Source of the DNA: Opitutales bacterium
Lineage (GTDB): Bacteria > Verrucomicrobiota > Verrucomicrobiia > Opitutales > Coraliomargaritaceae
DNA: 32,000 nt
Direction of reading: 5' to 3'
Assembly: GCA_049606355.1 (NCBI GenBank)
Contig: JBMYVL010000002.1
Location: 210,001-242,000, forward strand
Below are positions 8,060 through 16,840 of the stretch, piece by piece. The position numbers and the translations under genes are program-made. Each line of letters begins with the position of its first letter. Position 1 is the first letter of the stretch. Below the pieces are notes generated by a model. That model ran no database searches, had not been told where the DNA came from, and worked only from the letters and a program-made list of their open reading frames with translations.

Positions 8060-11000
8060 CTACTCGTTAGTTAATTTGAAGAATTTCACTCCATCAATTG
8101 ATTCCGAATGCGGGCTGGTGTTGCCGCTCGCATTCGACCAATTCGTAAGGTCGCTGGAGGACTGAAGGTTAAATCCTTCGCCACCATCCCAAGTTACAGT
8201 CACCGTCGCACCATCCGAAATGATCGTAAGAGCCGGAGCCTCCGTGGGCGTTTGAGGATTAGGATTGTTCGGATCGTTATCGTCAGGATCCGCGTTCGCA
8301 CCGACACCGTCTTCATCTGCATCCACTGACTCATTTGGATCACTCGGGAACGCATCTTCATAGTCAAAGGCGCCGTCGTCATCCGAATCAGCAGGCATCT
8401 GCGGAGTTGGCTCATTGCTTGAATCTGCATCCCGAATGTGAATGGAATCAATCTTGACGAAATCCCCAGCACTGCCACCCGCGATGCTGCTATCACCCCA
8501 GGCGTCATTGGCGTCACGCTTCGTACCAATCTGGATACCGTGAATGGTCGTGAAGCCCGATCCGTACTGAATTAGATTATTCCAGACACCACTCCCCTGT
8601 TTGAAGCGCGAGTAGAAGGCACCGGAGTCAAGATCGACTACAACTTGTAAAGTCGTACCGCTTGTATCCGCCATGCCGCTTAAGGCAACGGTCACCGTAT
8701 CTTCCATTTTGACAACACCGTCAGAACCATACCAAGGCTGAGCTTGGATTTGGGATCCGCCGTTACCGTCAGTATACAGCTGGATCACCGTACCCTGTCT
8801 GGGTTCCGTTGGGGTGTTGTTGGGGCTACCACCGCCAGGGCCGTTCTTGATGATCATGCGAATACCCTTTTGTGCCGCAGAGTCGGAACTCGAATCCCAT
8901 GACTTACTCAAGTCATAAGAATCGAGGACCATCTCATAAACCACCACCCCTGAAGTGATCTCATTATCACTACCTAGATTGTTGGTTCTGAATACAGCAG
9001 CGTTGCCACCATCGACACCTGTCCATTTCCAGTTTTCAGAATAGCCAATATTAAGGTTGCCATTGCTGGTCTGCGGCCCCCCAGAAGTAAACGCAGTTGC
9101 CGGGTAGCCAAGATTCAAGGCCTCGTTTAAGCTGGTCCCACTTTCGTCATCAAAGTCATAGCGTAAGTAGTAGCCCTCGAAGACCCCACCACTATTAGGT
9201 TCATCATCCACATGATCGGGGATCCCATCGTTGTCGCTGTCAGGGTAATCGACTGCGCTGTCGGTGTAAAGGCTGACCAGCCCACCCGTCTCAGTACTAT
9301 CAACGAGACCAAACTGTATGCCTTTGCCGGATGCACTGTTGACGTTGTACGTAGCCGCAGCATCCCAAGCGCGAGACAAGTCGTACTCCTTAATCTCAAT
9401 AACTAAGGAAACCTGCCCGGATGTAATTGCGTTATCCAAGGTAAACTTCCTAAAGACTGACGCTAAGTGCCCATAATTGGCGTTCGTCCATTTATAGTAC
9501 TTTGTATAACCAATGTTCAGTGCACCGTTTTGCATTTGCGGCCCACCATTCGACCAAGCACCGGTAGCGGAGCCGCTGTTCGTTGCGTTTTTAAGGTTCG
9601 TACCCGCAGCATCGTCAAATTCAAAGGCGACTAAGTCCGTACCTGCAACGCTGTCAGTCAATTGAACCGATTCGATCTGAATATAGTCACCGGTCTCCCC
9701 ACCCGCGATCTCAGCAGTACCCCAGGCATCGTCGTCGCCCGTTTTAACCGCTAGGTTGATGGTTTTAACTTCCGTAAGACCGCTGCCGTCCGTGGTGAGG
9801 TTCACCCAGGTGGCGCCGGAATCCGTCGAATAACTGGTTTCAAAGGCGCCCGTGTCTAGATTAGCATCGAGCTTCAATCTGAGATTTTCACCCGACTGCG
9901 CAAAATTTCCGGTACTAACTGGCACTGCGGTCGCGCTCACCCCAGCCCCCGAGCCGTACTTCTGACCAGTAATCACCATGTCGTAATTAGTATCAGGTCC
10001 AGTATCGGCAAGGATACGGATGTGATCAATTTTAACATAGTCGCCCTCAGGAGTGGCTTCATTGACCTCAGTTGTCGAGGCATCGTCAGGTACACCCCAA
10101 GTGGCGAGACCCGTCCCGGCGGTATTGTTAGGCGTCTTCGCATTGATCTGAAGACTCTTGATATCGGTAAAGCCAGTACCGCCCAGTTCCATGTTCTTCC
10201 ATTCAGAACTCGCTGCAGACTTCGCGCGAGTCGACCATTGGCCGGTCGTTGCGTTTACTAGAATCTGCAGGTCGATGTTGCCATTAGCAGGCAAGCCGAA
10301 GGCTTGCTTCAGGGTGGAGCCATTGACTGCCTCGGCACTTACAGAGGAAGCGGAACCTGCCCAAGCATTGCTTTGCGCCTTCACTTGATAGCCACCAGTA
10401 CTGCCGCTAATATGCGAGTAGAGGTTGAGAATTGCACCGGAGCCATCCTCCTTCATTGCCAGGATTTGTACCCCCTTGTTGGCGACCAGATCGGCAGGAT
10501 CATTCCAAGAATTATCTAAAAGAGCAGAGTCAATTCGCGTCTCAATAATGTAACGACCCGAAGTTATCGCCTCATCGAGAGTATACGTGCGGCGTGCATT
10601 ACCATCGTTACTCTCACCATAAAGATCAGTCCATTGGTTGCCGGAGGTGAACCCTATATTTAAGGACCCATCCCCGCTGGTTCTCGGACCGCCAAAGTTC
10701 CACGAACCGGCGACTCCGTAAGCTGCAGTCTCCTGCAGGGCAGTCCCCTCGGCATCATCGAAGTCGAGTTGCAGAATTGCATCCGCTACCGCTTTATTGT
10801 GACTGAACAAATTAAGGGCTGCACCGGCACTATTCGAATTTAGCAGGGTAAACTGGACACCTTTGCCGCTATAACTACCGCTCGAGCCTGCATCCCAAGT
10901 CTTACTCAAATCGTAGTCAGCAACGACTACTTCAAATACGACTAAGTCTGCTCCGCCAGCATCCGTTATCGCACTGTCCAAGAAAAAGCCGCGGTGTGAG

Positions 11001-12415
11001 TTACCAAAATTGTTCACCCATTTGTTGTTTTCCGTATAACCGATGTTGAGATTTCCGCTGCCATCGGTCTTGTGCCCTGAGTAGTTGAAACTGCCGCTCG
11101 CCGACCCTGAATTGACGACCTCAGTCTCACCCTCGCCAGCAACGAGTTGCGCACCACCGACTGTATCATTGAATTCAAAAGCAACCAATGGATTGCTGTA
11201 ATTGACAGTGAAATCATTCACCCCAGAACCCGCACTGCCGGTAACAATTTTAATTGAATCAACTTTGACATAGTCACTTGCAACCCCATCGCTGGCATCC
11301 GAACCCCAGGACTCACCCTCCGGCGTCTTGGTGTTGATTGAAAAACGCTTTACGTCAGTCATGCCAGTACCATCGCTGACCAACGCGACCCAATTGCCTG
11401 CGCCGACTTTGTAGCGCGAGGACCAATTGCCCGTACTCAAGTCTGCAGCCACCTGCAGGGTGACGGCATCACTGCCAAGCTGATCGGTGTCACCACTGAG
11501 GCTTTCGACAAGAGTGCCGCTCACGGCCGGATCCGCATTGCCACCCCAATTGTTGCCCTGCACAGCAATGTCAGTTAAGACAGCGGGGGCAACAACTTCC
11601 GGAGCAGTTAAGCTAATAGCACCCACACGCACGAAATCTCCAGCGACACCGCCAGATAAAGTCGAATCACCCCATGGGTCATTGGGACGGTGGTTAATTT
11701 TCAATTGGATTTCAGAAATCTCATCCAGCCCAGAACCATCTTGAGTTAACAAAATCCAAGACACTGCATCGGCTTCCTTGAAACGTGCCGTCCAGACGCC
11801 CGTATCCAGATTAGCGTTAATTTGCAAAACGAGTGCAGCATCCGTATCAAAATTAAAATACTCTGCGGTAGTTGGGTCCGCTGCACCATAGGTCGTTGCA
11901 ATCGTAGCATCCGGTGCACCGGCACCCCAATCATTACTCTGCACCTTGGAAACAATATCACCGATCAAAAAGTGGCTGAATAGATTGATCGTAGCACCAA
12001 TTCCATCGGAGCCCTTGATAATAAAATTAACACCCTTGTCGCTGTCGGTTGAAGAAGCCGAGCTATCCCAAGCTCGAGTTAGATCATACGAGTCAATCTC
12101 GACCTCAAAGGTATACTCTCCCGAGGTCAGCGGCGTATCCAGAACATACGAACGATAGACTTCGCTTAAATCATGCGAGTTGGTAAATTTATAATACGGG
12201 GTATAGCCAATGTTCAAGACTCCCGCCTGTACTTGCGGACCACCATAATTCCAGGCTCCGCTTGCAGTGCCATCATTAACCGCAACGTTGAGGTTGGTGC
12301 CATTGGCATCATCGAAAGCAAAATTCACGCCTGCGTGAACGGCGAGAACCTGTAACATTAAGAATAAGGGTATAAGGGTATTTTTCATTCTACTAAGTTG
12401 GGTGACGAGAGTCAT
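8060..12415 (-). CDS. Giant secreted repeat protein of unknown function: five A modules plus five B modules, TSP3-like acidic repeats and a C-terminal domain. Candidate surface glycan-binding protein.
   Basis: 1451 aa, with an alternative ATG at 12388 giving the canonical signal peptide MKNTLIPLFLMLQVLAVHA. It contains no catalytic motif that I recognise. Internal repeats are obvious in the translation (listed in the repeat feature). The acidic DxDxDG stretches are DSDNDGIPDHVDDEP and DSDDDGAFDYEDAFPSDPNESVDADEDGVGANADPDDNDPNNPN. The C-terminus is TVTWDGGEGFNLQSSSDLTNW...KFFKLTNE. Confidence 0.85.
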   Translation of the reverse strand: MTLVTQLSRMKNTLIPLFLMLQVLAVHAGVNFAFDDANGTNLNVAVNDGTASGAWNYGGPQVQAGVLNIGYTPYYKFTNSHDLSEVYRSYVLDTPLTSGEYTFEVEIDSYDLTRAWDSSASSTDSDKGVNFIIKGSDGIGATINLFSHFLIGDIVSKVQSNDWGAGAPDATIATTYGAADPTTAEYFNFDTDAALVLQINANLDTGVWTARFKEADAVSWILLTQDGSGLDEISEIQLKINHRPNDPWGDSTLSGGVAGDFVRVGAISLTAPEVVAPAVLTDIAVQGNNWGGNADPAVSGTLVESLSGDTDQLGSDAVTLQVAADLSTGNWSSRYKVGAGNWVALVSDGTGMTDVKRFSINTKTPEGESWGSDASDGVASDYVKVDSIKIVTGSAGSGVNDFTVNYSNPLVAFEFNDTVGGAQLVAGEGETEVVNSGSASGSFNYSGHKTDGSGNLNIGYTENNKWVNNFGNSHRGFFLDSAITDAGGADLVVFEVVVADYDLSKTWDAGSSGSYSGKGVQFTLLNSNSAGAALNLFSHNKAVADAILQLDFDDAEGTALQETAAYGVAGSWNFGGPRTSGDGSLNIGFTSGNQWTDLYGESNDGNARRTYTLDEAITSGRYIIETRIDSALLDNSWNDPADLVANKGVQILAMKEDGSGAILNLYSHISGSTGGYQVKAQSNAWAGSASSVSAEAVNGSTLKQAFGLPANGNIDLQILVNATTGQWSTRAKSAASSEWKNMELGGTGFTDIKSLQINAKTPNNTAGTGLATWGVPDDASTTEVNEATPEGDYVKIDHIRILADTGPDTNYDMVITGQKYGSGAGVSATAVPVSTGNFAQSGENLRLKLDANLDTGAFETSYSTDSGATWVNLTTDGSGLTEVKTINLAVKTGDDDAWGTAEIAGGETGDYIQIESVQLTDSVAGTDLVAFEFDDAAGTNLKNATNSGSATGAWSNGGPQMQNGALNIGYTKYYKWTNANYGHLASVFRKFTLDNAITSGQVSLVIEIKEYDLSRAWDAAATYNVNSASGKGIQFGLVDSTETGGLVSLYTDSAVDYPDSDNDGIPDHVDDEPNSGGVFEGYYLRYDFDDESGTSLNEALNLGYPATAFTSGGPQTSNGNLNIGYSENWKWTGVDGGNAAVFRTNNLGSDNEITSGVVVYEMVLDSYDLSKSWDSSSDSAAQKGIRMIIKNGPGGGSPNNTPTEPRQGTVIQLYTDGNGGSQIQAQPWYGSDGVVKMEDTVTVALSGMADTSGTTLQVVVDLDSGAFYSRFKQGSGVWNNLIQYGSGFTTIHGIQIGTKRDANDAWGDSSIAGGSAGDFVKIDSIHIRDADSSNEPTPQMPADSDDDGAFDYEDAFPSDPNESVDADEDGVGANADPDDNDPNNPNPQTPTEAPALTIISDGATVTVTWDGGEGFNLQSSSDLTNWSNASGNTSPHSESIDGVKFFKLTNE
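8435..12328 (-). repeat. Protein-level module array inside the giant gene, in the order A1-B1-B2-A2-A3-B3-B4-A4-A5-B5
   Basis: The A modules are about 120-130 aa. Their consensus is (L)xFxFDDxxGTxL...G.W..GGP....G.LNIGYT...KW......(I)TSG.....(E)I..YDLS+.WD.....KG(V/I)Q... They lie at 11972..12328, 10802..11191, 10412..10777, 9263..9634 and 8771..9169. The B modules are about 105-125 aa. Their consensus is (V)Q.N.WG....L(Q/K)(I/V)...L.TG.W..R(F/Y)K.....W..L...G(S/T)G(L/F)T(D/E)(I/V)K.(I/F).(I/L)N.K......WG......G...GD(Y/F)(V/I)+(I/V)(D/E)S(I/V).(I/L). They lie at 11609..11950, 11246..11569, 10013..10390, 9659..9979 and 8435..8755. Boundaries are approximate and were set by eye. The copies are diverged at DNA level. 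Confidence 0.7.
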
Positions 12416-12531
12416 TTAAGGGTAACGATAAGGCCGAAACCTTAAGTACTTCCATCATAGCCAGAATCGTCAGGCTTAACAATTCATGTATTTAATAAAA
12501 TAATACCAATATTTGAAACTTAGATGCGCAT

Positions 12532-14037
12532 CTAAAACTGAGTCGCTCCACTAATCGAATGAGGGTCGATTTTGAAAGCCGCCAACCGGCCGACTTTGTC
12601 ACCTGGTATACTGTAGTTAAACTGCGGTGCATTTTCATCTAGTTCATGTCGCCAGACCTTAAAAAATGGAGGCGTCGACGTTTCCGTAAGAAAATCATTC
12701 TGACGCCCCATCCATGCAAAGAGCTCACGCTTCAGCCGCTCCTTGATCCCACGCTTGTCGGGATCTTTGGCCAGATTGACCAGCTCAAAGGGATCCACCG
12801 CGACATCATACAACTCTTCTTCGGGCTGATTTGGGTGTTTATCGGCTCCCTGCTTTAAAAAAAAGTAGACCAAAGCATCCTCTACCCGAAGCTTCGCCAA
12901 ATGTTCGTTTGAATTAAAGTTATAAATATAGTGATAACGACCATCATGAATGGAACGCTGCGGAAAAACATGGCGATTCTGAATCCCCTGATTGTGGCTT
13001 ACCGCATAAGCATATTGGTGGTGCTGCTTCGCGCGGCCTTCAAGTACCGGCAACAAGCTTTTGCCATCAAAGGCGTGGTCACCCACTCGGTAACTGGAGC
13101 TGGCCAAATCGATTGCCGTGGGCACGAAGTCCGCAAAGGTAATGATTGCATCGCTACGGCCTGGTATAATTTTGTCCGGCCAGCGCACCATATAAGCCAC
13201 ATTGAGCCCGGAATCATACACTGTAAACTTGCCACGTGCGACCCCATGGTCGTCGGCGTAAAAAACGATCGTATCGTTTTCTAAGCCGTGTTTTTCGAGG
13301 AGGCGCAAGACGGCCTCAAACTCATTTTCTTTTTCGGCAATACTTTGATAATAGCGGCTGACATAAGCGCGGGTTCCCGGAGAGTCCTGCTGGAAGGGCG
13401 CAAGAGCCACTGAATCTGGCTCGAAACTCGAATCCTTAAAGTAAGGGCCGTGCGGGTACTCACTGGCGAGGATCAAACAAAAGGGGTTTTCGCGACTGCC
13501 TAAATAGCGATCCAGCGCAGCAATGGGTAACCCGGGGCGCGGGTAGCCTGGCTTCCGAACCGGTTGGTACCAGTTCGTCCAAGGAAATTGATGGTTTGGC
13601 TTGAGATGGGATTTACCGGCTAGAATGACATCGTAGCCCAACGGTTTCAGGTACGCAGGCAGCGTCTTCACGCTAGGGCGTATCGCGGTATGATTGATAA
13701 AGCAGCCATTTCGAATCGGGTATAAGCCCGTCAACAGCATCGAGCGACTCGGCGCGCAGATTGCCTGCCCCGTGTAGGCTTTATTAAAAACGAGCGCTTG
13801 CCTGCTGAACGCTTCCGTAATCGGTGTTGGCGCCTTTAGGTTGCCGTAAATACGATGATCCGAGCGGCTTTGGTCATCTGCTAAAAAAAAGATGATGTTC
13901 GGACGACTGCCTTGTAAGCCAGTAAACTTTTCTTCCGAATGAACGGCGCATATGAAAGCAGTCTGCGCAGCAAGGAAGAGCAAGAGTACCCATGTATTTC
14001 GCAGACTCATGAACCCGGCAGTCCATTGCTCACTCAT
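12532..14037 (-). CDS. Secreted Cys-type (formylglycine) sulfatase
   Basis: 501 aa. It has PNIIFFLADDQ (metal-binding DD) and the sulfatase signature ICAPSRSMLLTGLYP, with the FGly Cys codon at 13756..13758. The ATG at 14037 overlaps the upstream stop (ATGAGTGA). The alternative ATG at 14010 gives a cleaner signal peptide (MSLRNTWVLLLFLAAQTAFICAVHS). Confidence 0.9.
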   Translation of the reverse strand: MSEQWTAGFMSLRNTWVLLLFLAAQTAFICAVHSEEKFTGLQGSRPNIIFFLADDQSRSDHRIYGNLKAPTPITEAFSRQALVFNKAYTGQAICAPSRSMLLTGLYPIRNGCFINHTAIRPSVKTLPAYLKPLGYDVILAGKSHLKPNHQFPWTNWYQPVRKPGYPRPGLPIAALDRYLGSRENPFCLILASEYPHGPYFKDSSFEPDSVALAPFQQDSPGTRAYVSRYYQSIAEKENEFEAVLRLLEKHGLENDTIVFYADDHGVARGKFTVYDSGLNVAYMVRWPDKIIPGRSDAIITFADFVPTAIDLASSSYRVGDHAFDGKSLLPVLEGRAKQHHQYAYAVSHNQGIQNRHVFPQRSIHDGRYHYIYNFNSNEHLAKLRVEDALVYFFLKQGADKHPNQPEEELYDVAVDPFELVNLAKDPDKRGIKERLKRELFAWMGRQNDFLTETSTPPFFKVWRHELDENAPQFNYSIPGDKVGRLAAFKIDPHSISGATQF

Positions 14038-16822
14038 CGATTTGTACCTTATAAAATTTGTTCGGTATTCCCTGATGAGTCTCAGTCCAATAATTCAAGC
14101 CGCCAAAGGTACCCGGTAAGGCCTCGACTTCGACCTGCCAATCACTTTGCGCCAGGTCCGTCTTACTGAGCACACGGTAGTGCACGGAATCACTACCAAA
14201 CCAGCTGATTTCATTGCTCGTCTCTCCTGCAGAGAGACTATTAAATGCGAATCGTGAATTGGCGTTGGTGGGTATCGTACCCGAGCGGTATTCAAGCCGA
14301 TTGGAAAGACCATCCATATCGCTATCCACATCCGGACTCGTTTGATTACTTCCAAAGTAAGCGACTTCCCAACTATCGGGAATCCCATCTTGATCGGTAT
14401 CGGACGGATTGACACCGGGCGTTTCTGCCACGAGCGAAAAGTCGTCCACGTAGATATCTACTCCCGCAGGAACACCTCCAATGTAGATCGACTCATCGCC
14501 CTCTGTGGCTACAAAGGTACCTGACAACTCCACCCAATCATTGATATAAGTGGCTTGGGCAACCGTGCTATAAGTCGTGCCCGATGCGGTATTCTTACGA
14601 GTCAATTTGGCCAGTACGTTGCTTTGACTGAGCCGGAGGCGACAAGCGATTTGGTAACTGTTGCCGAGCGTTAAATCATCCAGCAAATACCGAATTCCGC
14701 TGTAGTTTTGCGTGCGATTGCTAATCAATAAGGATTGGGAGCCAGCGTAGGCATAACTATTCGTGATCGAACGATCCGCCGGCCCCATGTAGTTAAAAGG
14801 CGCCAATTGCGATTCATTACTAATCGATCCAATGGTTGAGTTCTCAAAACCAGGGTTTGTAATTAAATTGGTACCTGTTCCGCTTGCGCCGACCGTAAAC
14901 GCAAGCGCTGCATTTAAGGCAGCTCCATCGTTCTGCTCGCCGACAGCGGATAAGGTGTAGTCGCCCTCAGGTCGGTCATATAGCTTTGCGGTATAGGGAG
15001 CTACCGCGTCCGTTTTAATTAAAACGTTATCCACATAAAACGAAATACGACTCAAGTCCGCACTCGCATTACCTTGCGCTTCAACTTCGATCGGTTCGTT
15101 TGGATAAAACGCTTCCCCACTGGTTGGCTTTAGGAAGCTAATCGCCGGGGTATCGGGCGGAGGTTCTTCCAGACCCACAGCAATCCGGTAGTAGCTCTGC
15201 ATCGTGGCCAATGTATCGGCATAAGCGGATGCACCGACCACATTCGACCACTCGTTCGGGTCGGTGCTGTGGTCGTACAATTCTTCTTCTCCATCACGGT
15301 AAAGGATGTAACGGAATTGTTCGCTGCGGATACTGAAGTGCTGATCCGTGTAGGGAGCGACTTGGTTTTGGGATACTGAAGCCGATGAACCAATACCTGC
15401 AACCGAGTAGCTCGGCCCATCCCATTGCCCGTTCTGCGGGTCGGCCAAATACGCACGCATCGAATAGCCATCTAAAGTATGCGGTGCGTTCAGCCCCGCG
15501 TAATCGATACAAGTAGGATAGATATCAACTAAAGAAACCGGCTTGTTGCACTCTTGGTTCGCCGCAACCCCAGGGCCGGCAATAACTAAGGGTACTCGGA
15601 CACTTTCCTCCCAAGGACTTTGTTTAAAGATATAAGACTTTTCTCCCAAATGGTAGCCGTGGTCACTGGTGAAGATAAGGATCGTGTTGTCGCGAATAGT
15701 GGGATCGTTACTATTATCAATCGCATCCATCACCTTACCCACCTGAGCATCTACAAAAGCGACGCAAGCCAAGTACGCTTGGGTGAATTCTTTTAAAGCA
15801 CGCTCGGCATCGCCATACTCCGCTATACCCATATTTTTGTATTGAGTATACTTCCACCAACCCGAATTCTGTGCCAGGTCTTTATCGGTACTGTTAACCG
15901 GCCCGGTAATATCATTGTAGTCACTGGCATTAATTGGCGCTAATTGAATCTCATTCAATGCCGGCACGAGATCAAAAAACTCTTTCGGCGCATAATAGGG
16001 TGAGTGCGGACGAACAAATCCTACCGTTAATAAAAAGGGCTTATTCTTATCGTAACCGTTGATGAAATTGACCGCTTGCTGTGCGCTGATTTCATCTGAA
16101 GTCAAATCCCGCGTGTCATCCGAAAAATCATTCGGTGTGCCGTTATCATCATAGTTCCAAGTGGTATAGGATGCATTGTTCGACCCGCCCGACTGCAACG
16201 TCCATTGATGCCCATAACTACTCAAATCCCGATAGTAGCCAAAGCCGCTATAAGGGGGCGTCACGTTATCCTTATAACCATCTCCCCACCAGGAAGGGTC
16301 GACGCCCTGAAATTGAGGGGTGCTGGTATTTGGATACGGACCAAAATTACCCTTAGTACCATAGCCCGAAGAGCCATCGGTATTACGCATAATCGTTGAG
16401 TAGGAACTCTCATGGCCATTGTGATGGATCTTACCCGTGGCATAACTATAGTAGCCCTGATCAATGAAGGTTTCAAAAAGTGTTTTTTTGTTTCGTAATA
16501 CTACATTGTTGTCCCAGCGATTGGTTTGCTGATCTTGACCATACATGCCCGAAGTAACCGGATGGATGCCGCTCCATAAACTCGCACGAGAAGGTCCACA
16601 AATTGGCGCGTTGGAGGCCGCATTGGTAAAACGAACCCCTGACTCCATCAATCGAGTAATATTTGGCGTGTAAGCCTGAGGGTGGCCGCCGATGCCTTCG
16701 ATGGTATCGTTGAGATCATCACAAACGATCACCACAATATTCGGCGACTGCGCCTGCAACGACGAGAAACCGAACAAAGTAGAGACCACAGCGAGCAAAT
16801 AGAGAATGGGGTAATTCTTCAT
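14030..16822 (-). CDS. Secreted Cys-type sulfatase fused to Ig-like domain, CBM4/9-like domain, TSP3-like repeats and C-terminal domain
   Basis: 930 aa. The signal peptide is MKNYPILYLLAVVSTLFGFSSLQA. Sulfatase motifs are VVIVCDDLND, ICGPSRASLWSGIHP (Cys75, 16598..16600) and IFTSDHGYHLGEK. The tail (aa ~560-930, nt 14033..15145) is colinear with the tail of the GH10 at 1493..4357: FYPNEPIEVEA..., NLITNPGFENS, DTDQDGIPDSWEVAYFGS, DSDMDGLSN, ISWFGSDSVHYRVLSKTDL..DW...KFYKVQIDE. Confidence 0.9.
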   Translation of the reverse strand: MKNYPILYLLAVVSTLFGFSSLQAQSPNIVVIVCDDLNDTIEGIGGHPQAYTPNITRLMESGVRFTNAASNAPICGPSRASLWSGIHPVTSGMYGQDQQTNRWDNNVVLRNKKTLFETFIDQGYYSYATGKIHHNGHESSYSTIMRNTDGSSGYGTKGNFGPYPNTSTPQFQGVDPSWWGDGYKDNVTPPYSGFGYYRDLSSYGHQWTLQSGGSNNASYTTWNYDDNGTPNDFSDDTRDLTSDEISAQQAVNFINGYDKNKPFLLTVGFVRPHSPYYAPKEFFDLVPALNEIQLAPINASDYNDITGPVNSTDKDLAQNSGWWKYTQYKNMGIAEYGDAERALKEFTQAYLACVAFVDAQVGKVMDAIDNSNDPTIRDNTILIFTSDHGYHLGEKSYIFKQSPWEESVRVPLVIAGPGVAANQECNKPVSLVDIYPTCIDYAGLNAPHTLDGYSMRAYLADPQNGQWDGPSYSVAGIGSSASVSQNQVAPYTDQHFSIRSEQFRYILYRDGEEELYDHSTDPNEWSNVVGASAYADTLATMQSYYRIAVGLEEPPPDTPAISFLKPTSGEAFYPNEPIEVEAQGNASADLSRISFYVDNVLIKTDAVAPYTAKLYDRPEGDYTLSAVGEQNDGAALNAALAFTVGASGTGTNLITNPGFENSTIGSISNESQLAPFNYMGPADRSITNSYAYAGSQSLLISNRTQNYSGIRYLLDDLTLGNSYQIACRLRLSQSNVLAKLTRKNTASGTTYSTVAQATYINDWVELSGTFVATEGDESIYIGGVPAGVDIYVDDFSLVAETPGVNPSDTDQDGIPDSWEVAYFGSNQTSPDVDSDMDGLSNRLEYRSGTIPTNANSRFAFNSLSAGETSNEISWFGSDSVHYRVLSKTDLAQSDWQVEVEALPGTFGGLNYWTETHQGIPNKFYKVQIDE

Positions 16823-16840
16823 ACTATTTTTGATTTTAGT

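Noticed and set aside
12416-12445. TTAAGG ... CCTTAA inverted repeat immediately upstream of the giant-gene start
   Set aside because: It has only a 6-bp AT-rich stem with an 18-nt loop and contains the self-complementary CTTAAG site. It is too weak to call.
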